This document shows, piece after piece, positions 1-8,295 of a DNA stretch of 64,000 bases; the stretch's first letter is position 1; each line of letters opens with the position of its first letter. Source of the DNA: Candidatus Roizmanbacteria bacterium RIFCSPHIGHO2_12_FULL_37_23 (GTDB lineage Bacteria; Patescibacteriota; Microgenomatia; UBA1406; HO2-37-13b); contig MFZX01000031.1 of NCBI GenBank assembly GCA_001788095.1, forward strand, positions 9,736 through 73,735, in the 5' to 3' direction. The notes under the pieces were generated by a model. The model did no database searches, was not told the origin of the DNA, and was given only the letters and a program-made list of their open reading frames with translations. Made by a program: the position numbers and the translations under genes.

Positions 1-56
1 ATGACGAATGGTTTTACAAATAATCCATTATTCCCAAATTCGCGAACTCGTCGCAT
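1..56 (-). CDS. N-terminus of an unknown SD-led protein (MRRVREFGNNGLFVKPFV...), runs off the window edge; first ORF of boxA unit 0
   Basis: ATG at 54-56 (-) with AGGAAAGGAAAA just upstream (61-72); open to position 1. Confidence 0.55.
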   Translation of the reverse strand, partial: MRRVREFGNNGLFVKPFV

Positions 57-80
57 GTATTTTTCCTTTCCTGAGTCTGA

Positions 81-146
81 TTGTTAAAGTACACGACAAA
101 ATAGCCAGAAGCTTTCTCTGGTATTTCGTCAAAGGCCTATATTATA
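81..146 (-). promoter_or_regulatory. -10 TATAAT (141-146), hairpin (95-130) and boxA-like GTACTTTAACAA (81-92)
   Basis: Read directly on the minus strand; compare rrn boxA TGCTCTTTAACA. Confidence 0.65.
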
Positions 147-198
147 CTCCAGAATCGAAAATCGTTCAAATATTATCGGCCTAAAATACAAGGCCAAA

Positions 199-233
199 CA
201 ACCTTAGAGGTTGTTTAGCTTCGCAACCTTGGG
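199..233. repeat. REP-like family B (AGGTTG..CAACCT short palindromes)
   Basis: caaccttagaggttgtttagcttcgcaaccttggg; related copies near 7041, 7138, 13170, 26246, 28081, 28204, 39250, 46239. Confidence 0.75.
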
Positions 234-319
234 TAGTTTACGATTTTTTAACCTCTAGATCAAAAATAAAAAACTAAGAAAATAAAAGTCGAGAATGAGA
301 TCTCGTGTATACTATTATT

Positions 320-517
320 ATGAACATTCCCGTCTACATAGCTGTATCTGTCGTTATTATCATGGTGTGGCACTTCATGTTTAACACAAACCCAAAAGAC
401 TTTGGTATTATGCAAATGGCTGGAGTATTTGTTCTTGGCGGGGCAATCGGTTGGTTTATGAATTCACTCGAAGCAGGACTTTTAATGTCTATTATTTTAT
501 CGCTGATCTTTATTTAG
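320..517 (+). CDS. small membrane protein (about 65 aa, 2-3 TM)
   Basis: Hydrophobic ORF; TATACT -10 a few nt before ATG 320 (leaderless). Confidence 0.7.
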   Translation: MNIPVYIAVSVVIIMVWHFMFNTNPKDFGIMQMAGVFVLGGAIGWFMNSLEAGLLMSIILSLIFI

Positions 518-522
518 AATCT

Positions 523-696
523 ATGAATAAAGGTTTCTCGTTTGTTCGCATTATAATAATCTGTTTTCTCTCTGCACTCTCATTTATAGTGGGCTTTTGG
601 ATTACACAAATGATAATACAAACTCAATCTCCGCTTCCTACACGAATAAGACCTACGCTTTATCCAACACATGCTCCATTAAATAATCTTCAATAA
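523..696 (+). CDS. small single-TM protein with prepilin-like N-terminus (MNKGFSFVRIIII)
   Basis: KGFS plus hydrophobic helix plus PT-rich tail; lacks the canonical E5. Confidence 0.6.
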   Translation: MNKGFSFVRIIIICFLSALSFIVGFWITQMIIQTQSPLPTRIRPTLYPTHAPLNNLQ

Positions 697-750
697 ACCA
701 AAGTCAACTTAATAGATTCTTAATATTTTTTTAGTATAGTACCCCTGCGT

Positions 751-818
751 GGGCCTACTTGGGTAAGGCACCTGGTCCATCAAACCTGGATGCGAGGGTT
801 CAACTCCCTCTAGGTCCA
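751..818 (+). ncRNA. tRNA-like RNA with Ala identity (G3:U70, A73), canonical T-arm, no canonical D or anticodon arm
   Basis: GGGCCTA/TAGGTCC-A acceptor stem, GAGGG-TTCAACT-CCCTC T-arm, TATAGT -10 at 735-740. Confidence 0.7.
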
Positions 819-826
819 CGTGAATA

Positions 827-855
827 TTGACACGTTCCTATCTATTTGATATAGT
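827..855 (+). promoter_or_regulatory. near-consensus sigma70 promoter TTGACA-17-TATAGT with extended TG
   Basis: TTGACA 827-832, TG 847-848, TATAGT 850-855. Confidence 0.85.
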
Positions 856-860
856 AGCAA

Positions 861-927
861 TGATGGACTGGGTGTAACCTTACCTAGGTGCATTTAGGTC
901 AAAGAATCCGCCTTGTGCGGATTTTTT
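861..927 (+). ncRNA. small RNA complementary to the upstream tRNA-like RNA
   Basis: Lies between a strong promoter and a terminator; 861-874 pairs with 769-782 and 878-890 with 756-768. Confidence 0.65.
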
Positions 928-928
928 G
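903..928. terminator. intrinsic terminator, likely bidirectional (sRNA and ppsA)
   Basis: aagAATCCGC-cttgt-GCGGATT followed by a T run. Confidence 0.8.
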
Positions 929-932
929 TTTC

Positions 933-3224
933 TTATGTAAGTTTCTTCTCCAGTTCATACACCATCTCTCGAGTCCTATCTACGACATCCGGGGTAACTG
1001 AAAGGCTGGTAATGCCCCACTCCACAAGTTTTTCTGCAAGTTCTGGATAATCAGATGGGGCTTGGCCACAGATTGAAACAGTTATTCCATGTTTTTTCCC
1101 AGCCTCAATAACTCTTTTTAAAGCCCACATAACCACAGACCTTCTTTCATCATAAATATATGCAATTTCCTGGTTATCCCGATCTACACCAAGTAATAAC
1201 ATGGTTAAATCATTTGTTCCTATGGAAATTCCATCAATGCCCTCTTTGATAAACTCTTCTACCATGATTGCAGATGAAGGAACTTCAACCATCATCCAGA
1301 GCTTAAAATTCTTATCTCTATCAAGGCCATGTTCCTTGATCACCTCTTTGATCTGCCGGATCTCTTCAGGAATACGAACAAATGGAATCATAAGCCACAC
1401 ATTTGTATGTCCTGCTTTCCGGACTTTCTTAAGCGCCTCCAACTCCATAGAAAAAACTTCTGTATCGCGGATGTATCGCGAAGCTCCTCTATAACCGATC
1501 ATTGGATTTTCCTCATGAAACTCATACTTCTCCCCACCTTTCAAGTGACGATATTCATTCGTCCTAAAATCAGTTGCACGGTACACAATAGGCCTTTTCC
1601 CAAATGGTTTAGCAAACATCGTGATTTTTTTTGCTAAAGCATTAATATATTCTTTTTGTTTCCCTTGCTCTATGGCAAGCCGTGGATGAATATTTATATG
1701 AGCAACAATAAACTCTGCTCGTAAAAGCCCGATTCCGTCAACATTCATTCGTGCTACTCTATCTGCTGATTCTGGTTGTGCCAGATTGGTATAAATTTTT
1801 GTTTTTGTCTTAAGTTTTGCACCACGCGAGGCTACTTGTTCGAGTGTGGCACGTTGTTTTTGAGTATAAGGAATTCCTTTAAAAACTTCACCGCGAGAAC
1901 CATTCACTGTAATCATTTTTTCTTTTTTTAATAATGACGTTGCTTGTGCAGCTCCAACTACAGCCGGTATGCCTAACTCGCGGGAAACAATTGCCGCATG
2001 CGAAGTTCTTCCGCCCATTTCAGTCACTATGGCAGCTGCTTTTTTCATAGCAGGAACGTAATCAGGGCTTGTATATGCTGCAACTAAAATATCTCCAGGT
2101 TTGACTTTATAATTCTCTTTCGGAGATTTAAGAACCTTAGGAACTCCTGTAGCAACCCCAGGGGAAGCAGGATCGCAAGAAATAAGCAAGTCTTCTTTTG
2201 ATCCCTCAAGTTTGAGAGCTGGATGTTCGATATTCAACTTACCATTACCTACCCCTTGACCGATGGTCGTTATCGGGCGTGACTGCACGATAAAAACCTC
2301 ACCATTTTCTATAGCCCACTCTACATCCTGAGGTTTTTTATAATGCTTTTCAATATTTTTTACAAGCTTTGCAATCTGAAGAATTTCTTTGTCTGTAAGC
2401 TTTTGCTTATTTCCAATTTTTAATAATTTTACTTCAACATTTCTTGTACCTTTTTTTATCAACGCTTTATTCTGATATCTAATCTCTTTTTTCTTAATCG
2501 TTACATTATGCTTATCAACTTCATAATGATCTGGTGTAACTTGCCCACCAACAATATATTCACCGAGTCCAAAAATAGCCTCAATTGTTATGGTTGAATC
2601 ATCGTTGGTTACTGGATCACTACTAAAAGCAACGCCGGACTTTTCTGACTGGACCATAAGCTGAATAACTGCAGCAAGACCAACTTTGTGATGGTCAAAT
2701 CCCTGCTCTGCTCGGTAATAAATAGCACGATTGGTAAATAAGGATGCCCAACATTTTTTCACTGCATCAATAAGATCCTTTTTTCCTTGCACATTAAGAT
2801 ATGTTTCCTGCTGTCCAGCAAAAGATGCCGATGGGAGATCCTCCGCTGTTGCCGATGACCTTACAGCAACAAAAGGAATATGTCCGTTTGCATACTTTTT
2901 TGAAAAAATTTCGTAATGTTTACCGATTGCCTTTTTTAGCTCTTCTGGAATAGGCTGTTTTTTAATAAGATCGCGAAGTTTTTCTCCTGCTGTCTCTAAC
3001 TGTTTAGAGTTTTCATGATCAAGACCTTTAAGAATTTCATGTATTTTCTCTTGCAGATGTTGTTTTTCAAGAAAATAAAAATACGCATCCGCAGTTACTA
3101 TAAAACCATCTGGGACAGGAAGCTTCGCATTTAACATTTCGCCTAAATTCGCTCCTTTCCCCCCAACCCTCTCAACATCATCTTTGCCCACCTCTTTATA
3201 CCAAAGTATGTGTTTATTACTCAT
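933..3224 (-). CDS. ppsA: phosphoenolpyruvate synthase
   Basis: VGGKGANLGEM, AVRSSATAEDLPSASFAGQ, GGRTSHAAIVSRELGIPAVVG, SIGTNDL motifs. Confidence 0.97.
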   Translation of the reverse strand: MSNKHILWYKEVGKDDVERVGGKGANLGEMLNAKLPVPDGFIVTADAYFYFLEKQHLQEKIHEILKGLDHENSKQLETAGEKLRDLIKKQPIPEELKKAIGKHYEIFSKKYANGHIPFVAVRSSATAEDLPSASFAGQQETYLNVQGKKDLIDAVKKCWASLFTNRAIYYRAEQGFDHHKVGLAAVIQLMVQSEKSGVAFSSDPVTNDDSTITIEAIFGLGEYIVGGQVTPDHYEVDKHNVTIKKKEIRYQNKALIKKGTRNVEVKLLKIGNKQKLTDKEILQIAKLVKNIEKHYKKPQDVEWAIENGEVFIVQSRPITTIGQGVGNGKLNIEHPALKLEGSKEDLLISCDPASPGVATGVPKVLKSPKENYKVKPGDILVAAYTSPDYVPAMKKAAAIVTEMGGRTSHAAIVSRELGIPAVVGAAQATSLLKKEKMITVNGSRGEVFKGIPYTQKQRATLEQVASRGAKLKTKTKIYTNLAQPESADRVARMNVDGIGLLRAEFIVAHINIHPRLAIEQGKQKEYINALAKKITMFAKPFGKRPIVYRATDFRTNEYRHLKGGEKYEFHEENPMIGYRGASRYIRDTEVFSMELEALKKVRKAGHTNVWLMIPFVRIPEEIRQIKEVIKEHGLDRDKNFKLWMMVEVPSSAIMVEEFIKEGIDGISIGTNDLTMLLLGVDRDNQEIAYIYDERRSVVMWALKRVIEAGKKHGITVSICGQAPSDYPELAEKLVEWGITSLSVTPDVVDRTREMVYELEKKLT

Positions 3225-3253
3225 AGAGAATTCAAATTTATAACATATACCTC

Positions 3254-3395
3254 GTCATCCCGAACTTGCCCGCCTTGCCACGAGGCACGATTCGGAACCT
3301 CGGCTTTTGTCATGCTGAACCCATCGGGTCTGAGACCCTCGGGGTCGAAGACTTGATTCAGCATCTCGGGATCCTGAAATAAATTCAGGATGACA
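3254..3395. repeat. REP-like family D cluster (GTCATCC/GCTGAA...TTCAGGATGAC); overlaps the stop of the aminotransferase gene
   Basis: gtcatcccgaacttg, gtcatgctgaac..ttgattcagcatct, gatcctgaaataaattcaggatgaca; another copy at 26502-26540. Confidence 0.75.
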
Positions 3396-4596
3396 GCAAA
3401 ACGTACTCCTTTAATGCTTTTGACAATATTTCTACAGACCTTTCCAAAGCCCCAACATTCAACACATATGCAATACGCACTTCGTCTTTCCCTAATCCTT
3501 TGGTTGCATAAAACCCAGTAGCTGGTGCTACCATAACTGTTTCCTTATGCTCATGAAAATCTGTAAGCAACCACTTTGCAAAATGTGAAGCATTCTTAAC
3601 AGGTAATTTCACAATAACATAAAACGCACCTTCCGGTTGCGAACACACTACCCCTGGTATTTTGCGTAATCCATTTACTAAAACTGTACGGCGTTTATCA
3701 TACTCCTCGATAACACCCTTAAAATATGAGTCATCAACTCTATCTAGTTGGGCGGCAACATGCTGATCGATAAAACCAGCAGATAGTCGTGCCTGTGCAA
3801 ATCGGAGAAATATCTGCATAAGCTTTTTATTTTGAGAAAGAAGTACGCCAAGACGGGCTCCACACAAACTATATCGTTTGGATAAACTATCAACAAGAAT
3901 TACTCCTTCAGGATATTTTTCTAAATAATTAAGTACTGAATAGGGTTTTGTTCCATTGTAAACAAATTCCCTATAAACTTCATCAGAAATAACATATAAG
4001 CCGTGTTTTATTGCAATCTGCATGAGCATATCAACTTCATCTTGCGCAAAAACAGTACCTGTGGGATTTGAGGGATTACAAAGAAGAATAGCTTTGGTTT
4101 TTTTTGTTATTGTTCTTTCGATAATGCTTTTACGTGGTACGTGAAAATTATCTTCGATTCTGGTTCTTATAGGTACAAGGCGTGCTCTCGACCGCATAAT
4201 ATAACTTATGTAGTTGGTATAAAATGGTTCAAAGGTAATAACTTCATCTCCAGGTTCGCATGTTGCAATAAGCGACCATAAAATCCCCTCAGATCCTCCC
4301 ATGGTAATTTGCAGATTGTCTATACCTATGTTTCCGAATCCCAACTTTTTGTAATACTTGAGGAGACTTTGTAGCAACACTCTTTCACCTTGAGAATTTG
4401 CATAGGGAACCGATTTATAAGACCAAGACCGTAAAGCATCAAGCATAACGTCAGGCGTCTCAATGTCAGGTTCACCAATATTTAAATGGTATATTTTCAC
4501 TCCATTAAGCTTTGCCTTTTCAGCAAAAGGAACTAGTTCACGAATAGGTGAAGCAGGAATATGATCCGTGATCCAGGAAAGTTTTTTCATCTCCAT
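3385..4596 (-). CDS. PLP-dependent class I/II aminotransferase (aspartate aminotransferase family)
   Basis: LNIGEPD, CNPSNPTG, ISDEVY, DSLSKRYSLCGARLG. Confidence 0.93.
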   Translation of the reverse strand: MEMKKLSWITDHIPASPIRELVPFAEKAKLNGVKIYHLNIGEPDIETPDVMLDALRSWSYKSVPYANSQGERVLLQSLLKYYKKLGFGNIGIDNLQITMGGSEGILWSLIATCEPGDEVITFEPFYTNYISYIMRSRARLVPIRTRIEDNFHVPRKSIIERTITKKTKAILLCNPSNPTGTVFAQDEVDMLMQIAIKHGLYVISDEVYREFVYNGTKPYSVLNYLEKYPEGVILVDSLSKRYSLCGARLGVLLSQNKKLMQIFLRFAQARLSAGFIDQHVAAQLDRVDDSYFKGVIEEYDKRRTVLVNGLRKIPGVVCSQPEGAFYVIVKLPVKNASHFAKWLLTDFHEHKETVMVAPATGFYATKGLGKDEVRIAYVLNVGALERSVEILSKALKEYVLLSS

Positions 4597-4690
4597 TTAG
4601 CTTAGAAGACCAACTCATTGATTTCTTGACATATTTTAGACAAGTTTAATACAGGTTGGACCTTCGTTGGGAAATTGTTACAATACATAA

Positions 4691-5749
4691 ATGCAAAAAA
4701 ATACATTCTTAATTCTTGCAGTAGGAATATTTCTGGCAAGTATCGTTTCAGTGGTATTTTCTTCACTAAAAAATTCAGGTGTTGTCTCGCCGATTATTTC
4801 AAAACTTTCAGATTCGTCACAAAAGCTTAATCTTTCTCCAACTCCCTTCCCTTTTCAAGAAATGACTATCCCCTATTTAAGAAATAAAACTTATTCGAGC
4901 TCTTTATATGAGTTAGATCGTATTAATGAGACACAAAATTTTACGAGTTACATAACAAGTTATGATTCAGATGGACTTAAAATAAACGGGCTTCTTACCA
5001 TCCCAAAAGGAGAAAAGCCTTCATCGGGCTGGCCAGCAATCATATTTATTCATGGATATATTCCGCCGACTTTATATCGGACACAACAGAATTATGCTTC
5101 ACATGTTACTTACTTAGCTCGCAATGGATTTGTAGTATTTAAAATTGATTTACGTGGACATGATGAGTCAGAAGGAGAACCCGGAGGCGCGTATTATTCA
5201 GCAGACTATATCATAGACGTACTCAATGCAAGGGCAGCGCTTCAAAAGAGTGATTTTGTTAATCCGGATAAGATAGGACTTTGGGGCCATAGTATGGCAG
5301 GAAATGTTGTTTTACGAAGTCTTGCTTCCCAACCAGAAATACCAGCAGTGGTGATATGGGCAGGTGCGGTATATTCATATGAGGACTTCCAAAAGTATCG
5401 ACTCAATGATAATAGTTATCGTCCCCCAAGCACAAGCACACAAAGACAACGGAGACGGCAACAACTTTTTGATACGTATGGTGAATTTAATGTACAAAAT
5501 GACTTTTGGAAACAAGTTGCTGCAACAAATTACTTATCAGATATTAAAGGGGCTATTCAACTTCATCATGCAATAAACGATACTGTTGTTAATATTGGAT
5601 ACAGCAAAGATCTTAATAATATTCTTGACCAGACTTCAATTCCGCATGAATTATATGAATACTCAACAGGCGGGCACAACCTTACTGGAAATTCTTTTAA
5701 TCAAGCAATGCAAAGGACGATTGAGTTTTTTCAAAAATATCTGGAGTGA
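4691..5749 (+). CDS. exported alpha/beta hydrolase (S9 peptidase-like)
   Basis: N-terminal TM, IIFIHGY, GLWGHSMAG nucleophile elbow, D (NDTVV) and H (GGHN). Confidence 0.88.
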   Translation: MQKNTFLILAVGIFLASIVSVVFSSLKNSGVVSPIISKLSDSSQKLNLSPTPFPFQEMTIPYLRNKTYSSSLYELDRINETQNFTSYITSYDSDGLKINGLLTIPKGEKPSSGWPAIIFIHGYIPPTLYRTQQNYASHVTYLARNGFVVFKIDLRGHDESEGEPGGAYYSADYIIDVLNARAALQKSDFVNPDKIGLWGHSMAGNVVLRSLASQPEIPAVVIWAGAVYSYEDFQKYRLNDNSYRPPSTSTQRQRRRQQLFDTYGEFNVQNDFWKQVAATNYLSDIKGAIQLHHAINDTVVNIGYSKDLNNILDQTSIPHELYEYSTGGHNLTGNSFNQAMQRTIEFFQKYLE

Positions 5750-5758
5750 GAGTACGAT

Positions 5759-6706
5759 TTAAGTAAAATGTTCTTTCTGCGCAGCACCATATGCAAGCGC
5801 ACCTACTGCAAGAGCACTCATAAGAGCTGTATTAATTAATAATGCAATAAGAGGTCCTGATCTCGATGCTTTTTCCCTCAAGCTTGCTTGAATTGCATCA
5901 ATTTGTATATCCAATTCCGATTTTCTGACCTGAAATCGAGCAAGATCTATTTTATCTTGATCGGTTTTCTCTAGGTCGGATTTTCTTCGAATCGCTTTTA
6001 TACCCTCAACAATGTCGACTCTTTCTTGAGTAAGTTGTCTTAATCTATTTATTTCAGCAAGAACCGACGCTCTCTCAGCTTCCCTCGTATCTCGCGCCTC
6101 CTCATTAAACCTTTTTTGGAATTCCTTTTTTTGCTTCTCTCTGGCTTCTAGCCATCTTTTATGTTCTTCGAATTTAATAGCCTTTGGCTCAGGATGTTCT
6201 CGGTCCCACTGTGTCATGGAGACCTCTGTTCGTGCATCGGCAATATATTCCGTTTCGACATTCCATTGATCCTCGCACCATTGTCTGTATGCTTCTGGAT
6301 TTGTATTCGGATCTGGTTGTGGATGTTCGCGATTCCATTTTTGCAAGCTTGATTCTGTTATTGCATGTACGGCGCCTTCCTGTTCTGCGGTAAAGGCATT
6401 AACAACATCAGGCGCAGTTTCTACGGGTCCTCCTAAACTATCAGGAAATTCTGTTAATGCTCTAATTGCATGCTCTCCAGCTAAGAGATCTACAGAAGCT
6501 TCTGCACCTCGTGCAAGATCCATTACTTCTTGAGCTGCGAATGGTGATGCTTCTTTTGCAAGACCTGCTGTCTCTGTGGCAGCTGCTGCTACTCCAGCTC
6601 CTTCAGTAACCACTGCAGTTGTTTCAGCGACTACTGGTGCAGCAGCCCCAACTGATCCTGCTGCTTCTGCTACTGCCAATAATGTGTCAGTAATCGGCTC
6701 AACCAT
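5759..6706 (-). CDS. hypothetical protein, Ala-rich N-terminus, coiled coil, C-terminal TM
   Basis: 315-aa ORF; WxREHP motif twice. Confidence 0.75.
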   Translation of the reverse strand: MVEPITDTLLAVAEAAGSVGAAAPVVAETTAVVTEGAGVAAAATETAGLAKEASPFAAQEVMDLARGAEASVDLLAGEHAIRALTEFPDSLGGPVETAPDVVNAFTAEQEGAVHAITESSLQKWNREHPQPDPNTNPEAYRQWCEDQWNVETEYIADARTEVSMTQWDREHPEPKAIKFEEHKRWLEAREKQKKEFQKRFNEEARDTREAERASVLAEINRLRQLTQERVDIVEGIKAIRRKSDLEKTDQDKIDLARFQVRKSELDIQIDAIQASLREKASRSGPLIALLINTALMSALAVGALAYGAAQKEHFT

Positions 6707-6714
6707 GAGTAAAT

Positions 6715-7008
6715 TTATTCGTTATTATGAATGTATAATCGTAATTTATCCAAAATTTCGTCTGTTTTTTCTTCATCAATATAGGTAAGCAACATGGGAT
6801 ATATTTTTTCCAATTGCGGAAACTTATCAATATACTTTTTTATTTTTTCATGCATGTCATCGTCGGAGGTAAAAGGTAAAAGCGTTAAAAATTCTTTTCC
6901 CGCTTGCTTAGAAATCGGTAAAGTGATAGTTCCTTTTTTAAGTGCTTCTGCAACTGTTTTAAGAAAATCTATTTCTATACGTTTTGTCAAAACAGAAAGC
7001 TTATCCAT
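6715..7008 (-). CDS. hypothetical protein
   Basis: 97-aa ORF co-oriented with the downstream gene. Confidence 0.75.
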   Translation of the reverse strand: MDKLSVLTKRIEIDFLKTVAEALKKGTITLPISKQAGKEFLTLLPFTSDDDMHEKIKKYIDKFPQLEKIYPMLLTYIDEEKTDEILDKLRLYIHNNE

Positions 7009-7040
7009 ACAATGATTATCATTTATCCTTCTTATAGTTT

Positions 7041-7175
7041 CAACCTCTAAGATTGTTTAGGTTCACAACCTTGGGTATTTTAATTTAATTTTTTAATTTT
7101 TGTACCTAAAATATGTAGGAGATGTTGGGCCTCACTTCAACCTTCGATGTTGGTTTGTACTCCAACCTCTGTACT
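7041..7175. repeat. two REP-like family B copies
   Basis: caacctctaagattgtttaggttcacaaccttggg and caaccttcgatgttggtttgtactccaacct. Confidence 0.75.
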
Positions 7176-7215
7176 TGGGGCATTAACTTCCTATTACATG
7201 CTATAATTTCTCACT

Positions 7216-8295
7216 ATGCTTACTGCTGGGATCGTTGGTCTTCCTAACGTTGGGAAGTCCACGCTTTTTAACGCACTTTTGAAAAAGCAAGTGGCTGATG
7301 CTGCCAATTATCCTTTTTGTACCATCGACCCAAATATTGGTGTTGTAGAAGTGCCTGATGAACGGCTTCCAAAACTTGCAAAGATTGTTGAAACTGAAAA
7401 AATAGTACCGTCTGCTGTTGAGTTTTGTGATATCGCAGGACTTGTCCGCGGGGCTTCCAAAGGCGAAGGACTTGGTAATCAATTTCTGAGCCATATACGT
7501 GAAGTCGATGCGATTATTCATGTAGTAAGACTCTTCGAAGATGAAAATGTAACACATGTTTCTCAAAAATTAGATCCGAAAGATGATATTGAAACAATTG
7601 AAACAGAACTTATTCTCAAAGATCTCGAAACACTTTCACGTCAAGAGAAACCTAATAAAAAATTATCAAAAGAAGATGATATCTATTATGATGCTGTTGA
7701 AATCCTCAAAGAAAAACTGAACAAAAATATTGCAGCAAAAGAGGTGCAGCTTTCCGACATACAAAAAGAGTCTGTGAAAAAACTTAATTTGCTTACCATT
7801 AAACCCGTTCTGTATGTACTTAATCTCTCTGAGAAACAACTGATTAATTTACCTGAGATTAAAAAACTTATTTCAACTCATTTCAACGAATTTCAACCGA
7901 TTCTCACTCTCTGTGCCAAACTCGAATCAGATATTGTTGTCCTCTCCCCTGATGAGCAAAAAGAATATTTACAGCAATACAACCTTGAAGAACCTGGTCT
8001 TAATAGACTTATCAATGCAGCATATGACCTTCTTGGTCTTATTTCATTCTTAACAGCGGGGAAAAAAGAAGTTCGTGCATGGCCGATCAAGAAAGGGACC
8101 ACTGCTCAAAATGCAGCTGGTGTAATTCATACAGATTTTATACAGCATTTTATAAAAGCAGAGATAGTTCCCTATCAGCAGTTTGTTGAAGTTGGCGGCT
8201 GGATCCATGCACGCGAAAAAGGTCTGGCAAAAATGTGTGGACGAGACTACGAAATGCAGGATGGAGATGTTGTAGATTTTAAGGTTGGTGTGTAG
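7216..8295 (+). CDS. ychF: redox-regulated ATPase YchF
   Basis: GIVGLPNVGKSTLFN, ANYPFCTIDPN, DIAGLVRGASKGEGLGNQFL; TGCTATAAT just upstream. Confidence 0.98.
   Translation: MLTAGIVGLPNVGKSTLFNALLKKQVADAANYPFCTIDPNIGVVEVPDERLPKLAKIVETEKIVPSAVEFCDIAGLVRGASKGEGLGNQFLSHIREVDAIIHVVRLFEDENVTHVSQKLDPKDDIETIETELILKDLETLSRQEKPNKKLSKEDDIYYDAVEILKEKLNKNIAAKEVQLSDIQKESVKKLNLLTIKPVLYVLNLSEKQLINLPEIKKLISTHFNEFQPILTLCAKLESDIVVLSPDEQKEYLQQYNLEEPGLNRLINAAYDLLGLISFLTAGKKEVRAWPIKKGTTAQNAAGVIHTDFIQHFIKAEIVPYQQFVEVGGWIHAREKGLAKMCGRDYEMQDGDVVDFKVGV

Noticed and set aside
856-900. Fluoride or other riboswitch
   Set aside because: Only a GATGG resemblance; no downstream same-strand gene, and the sequence is better explained by complementarity to 756-782
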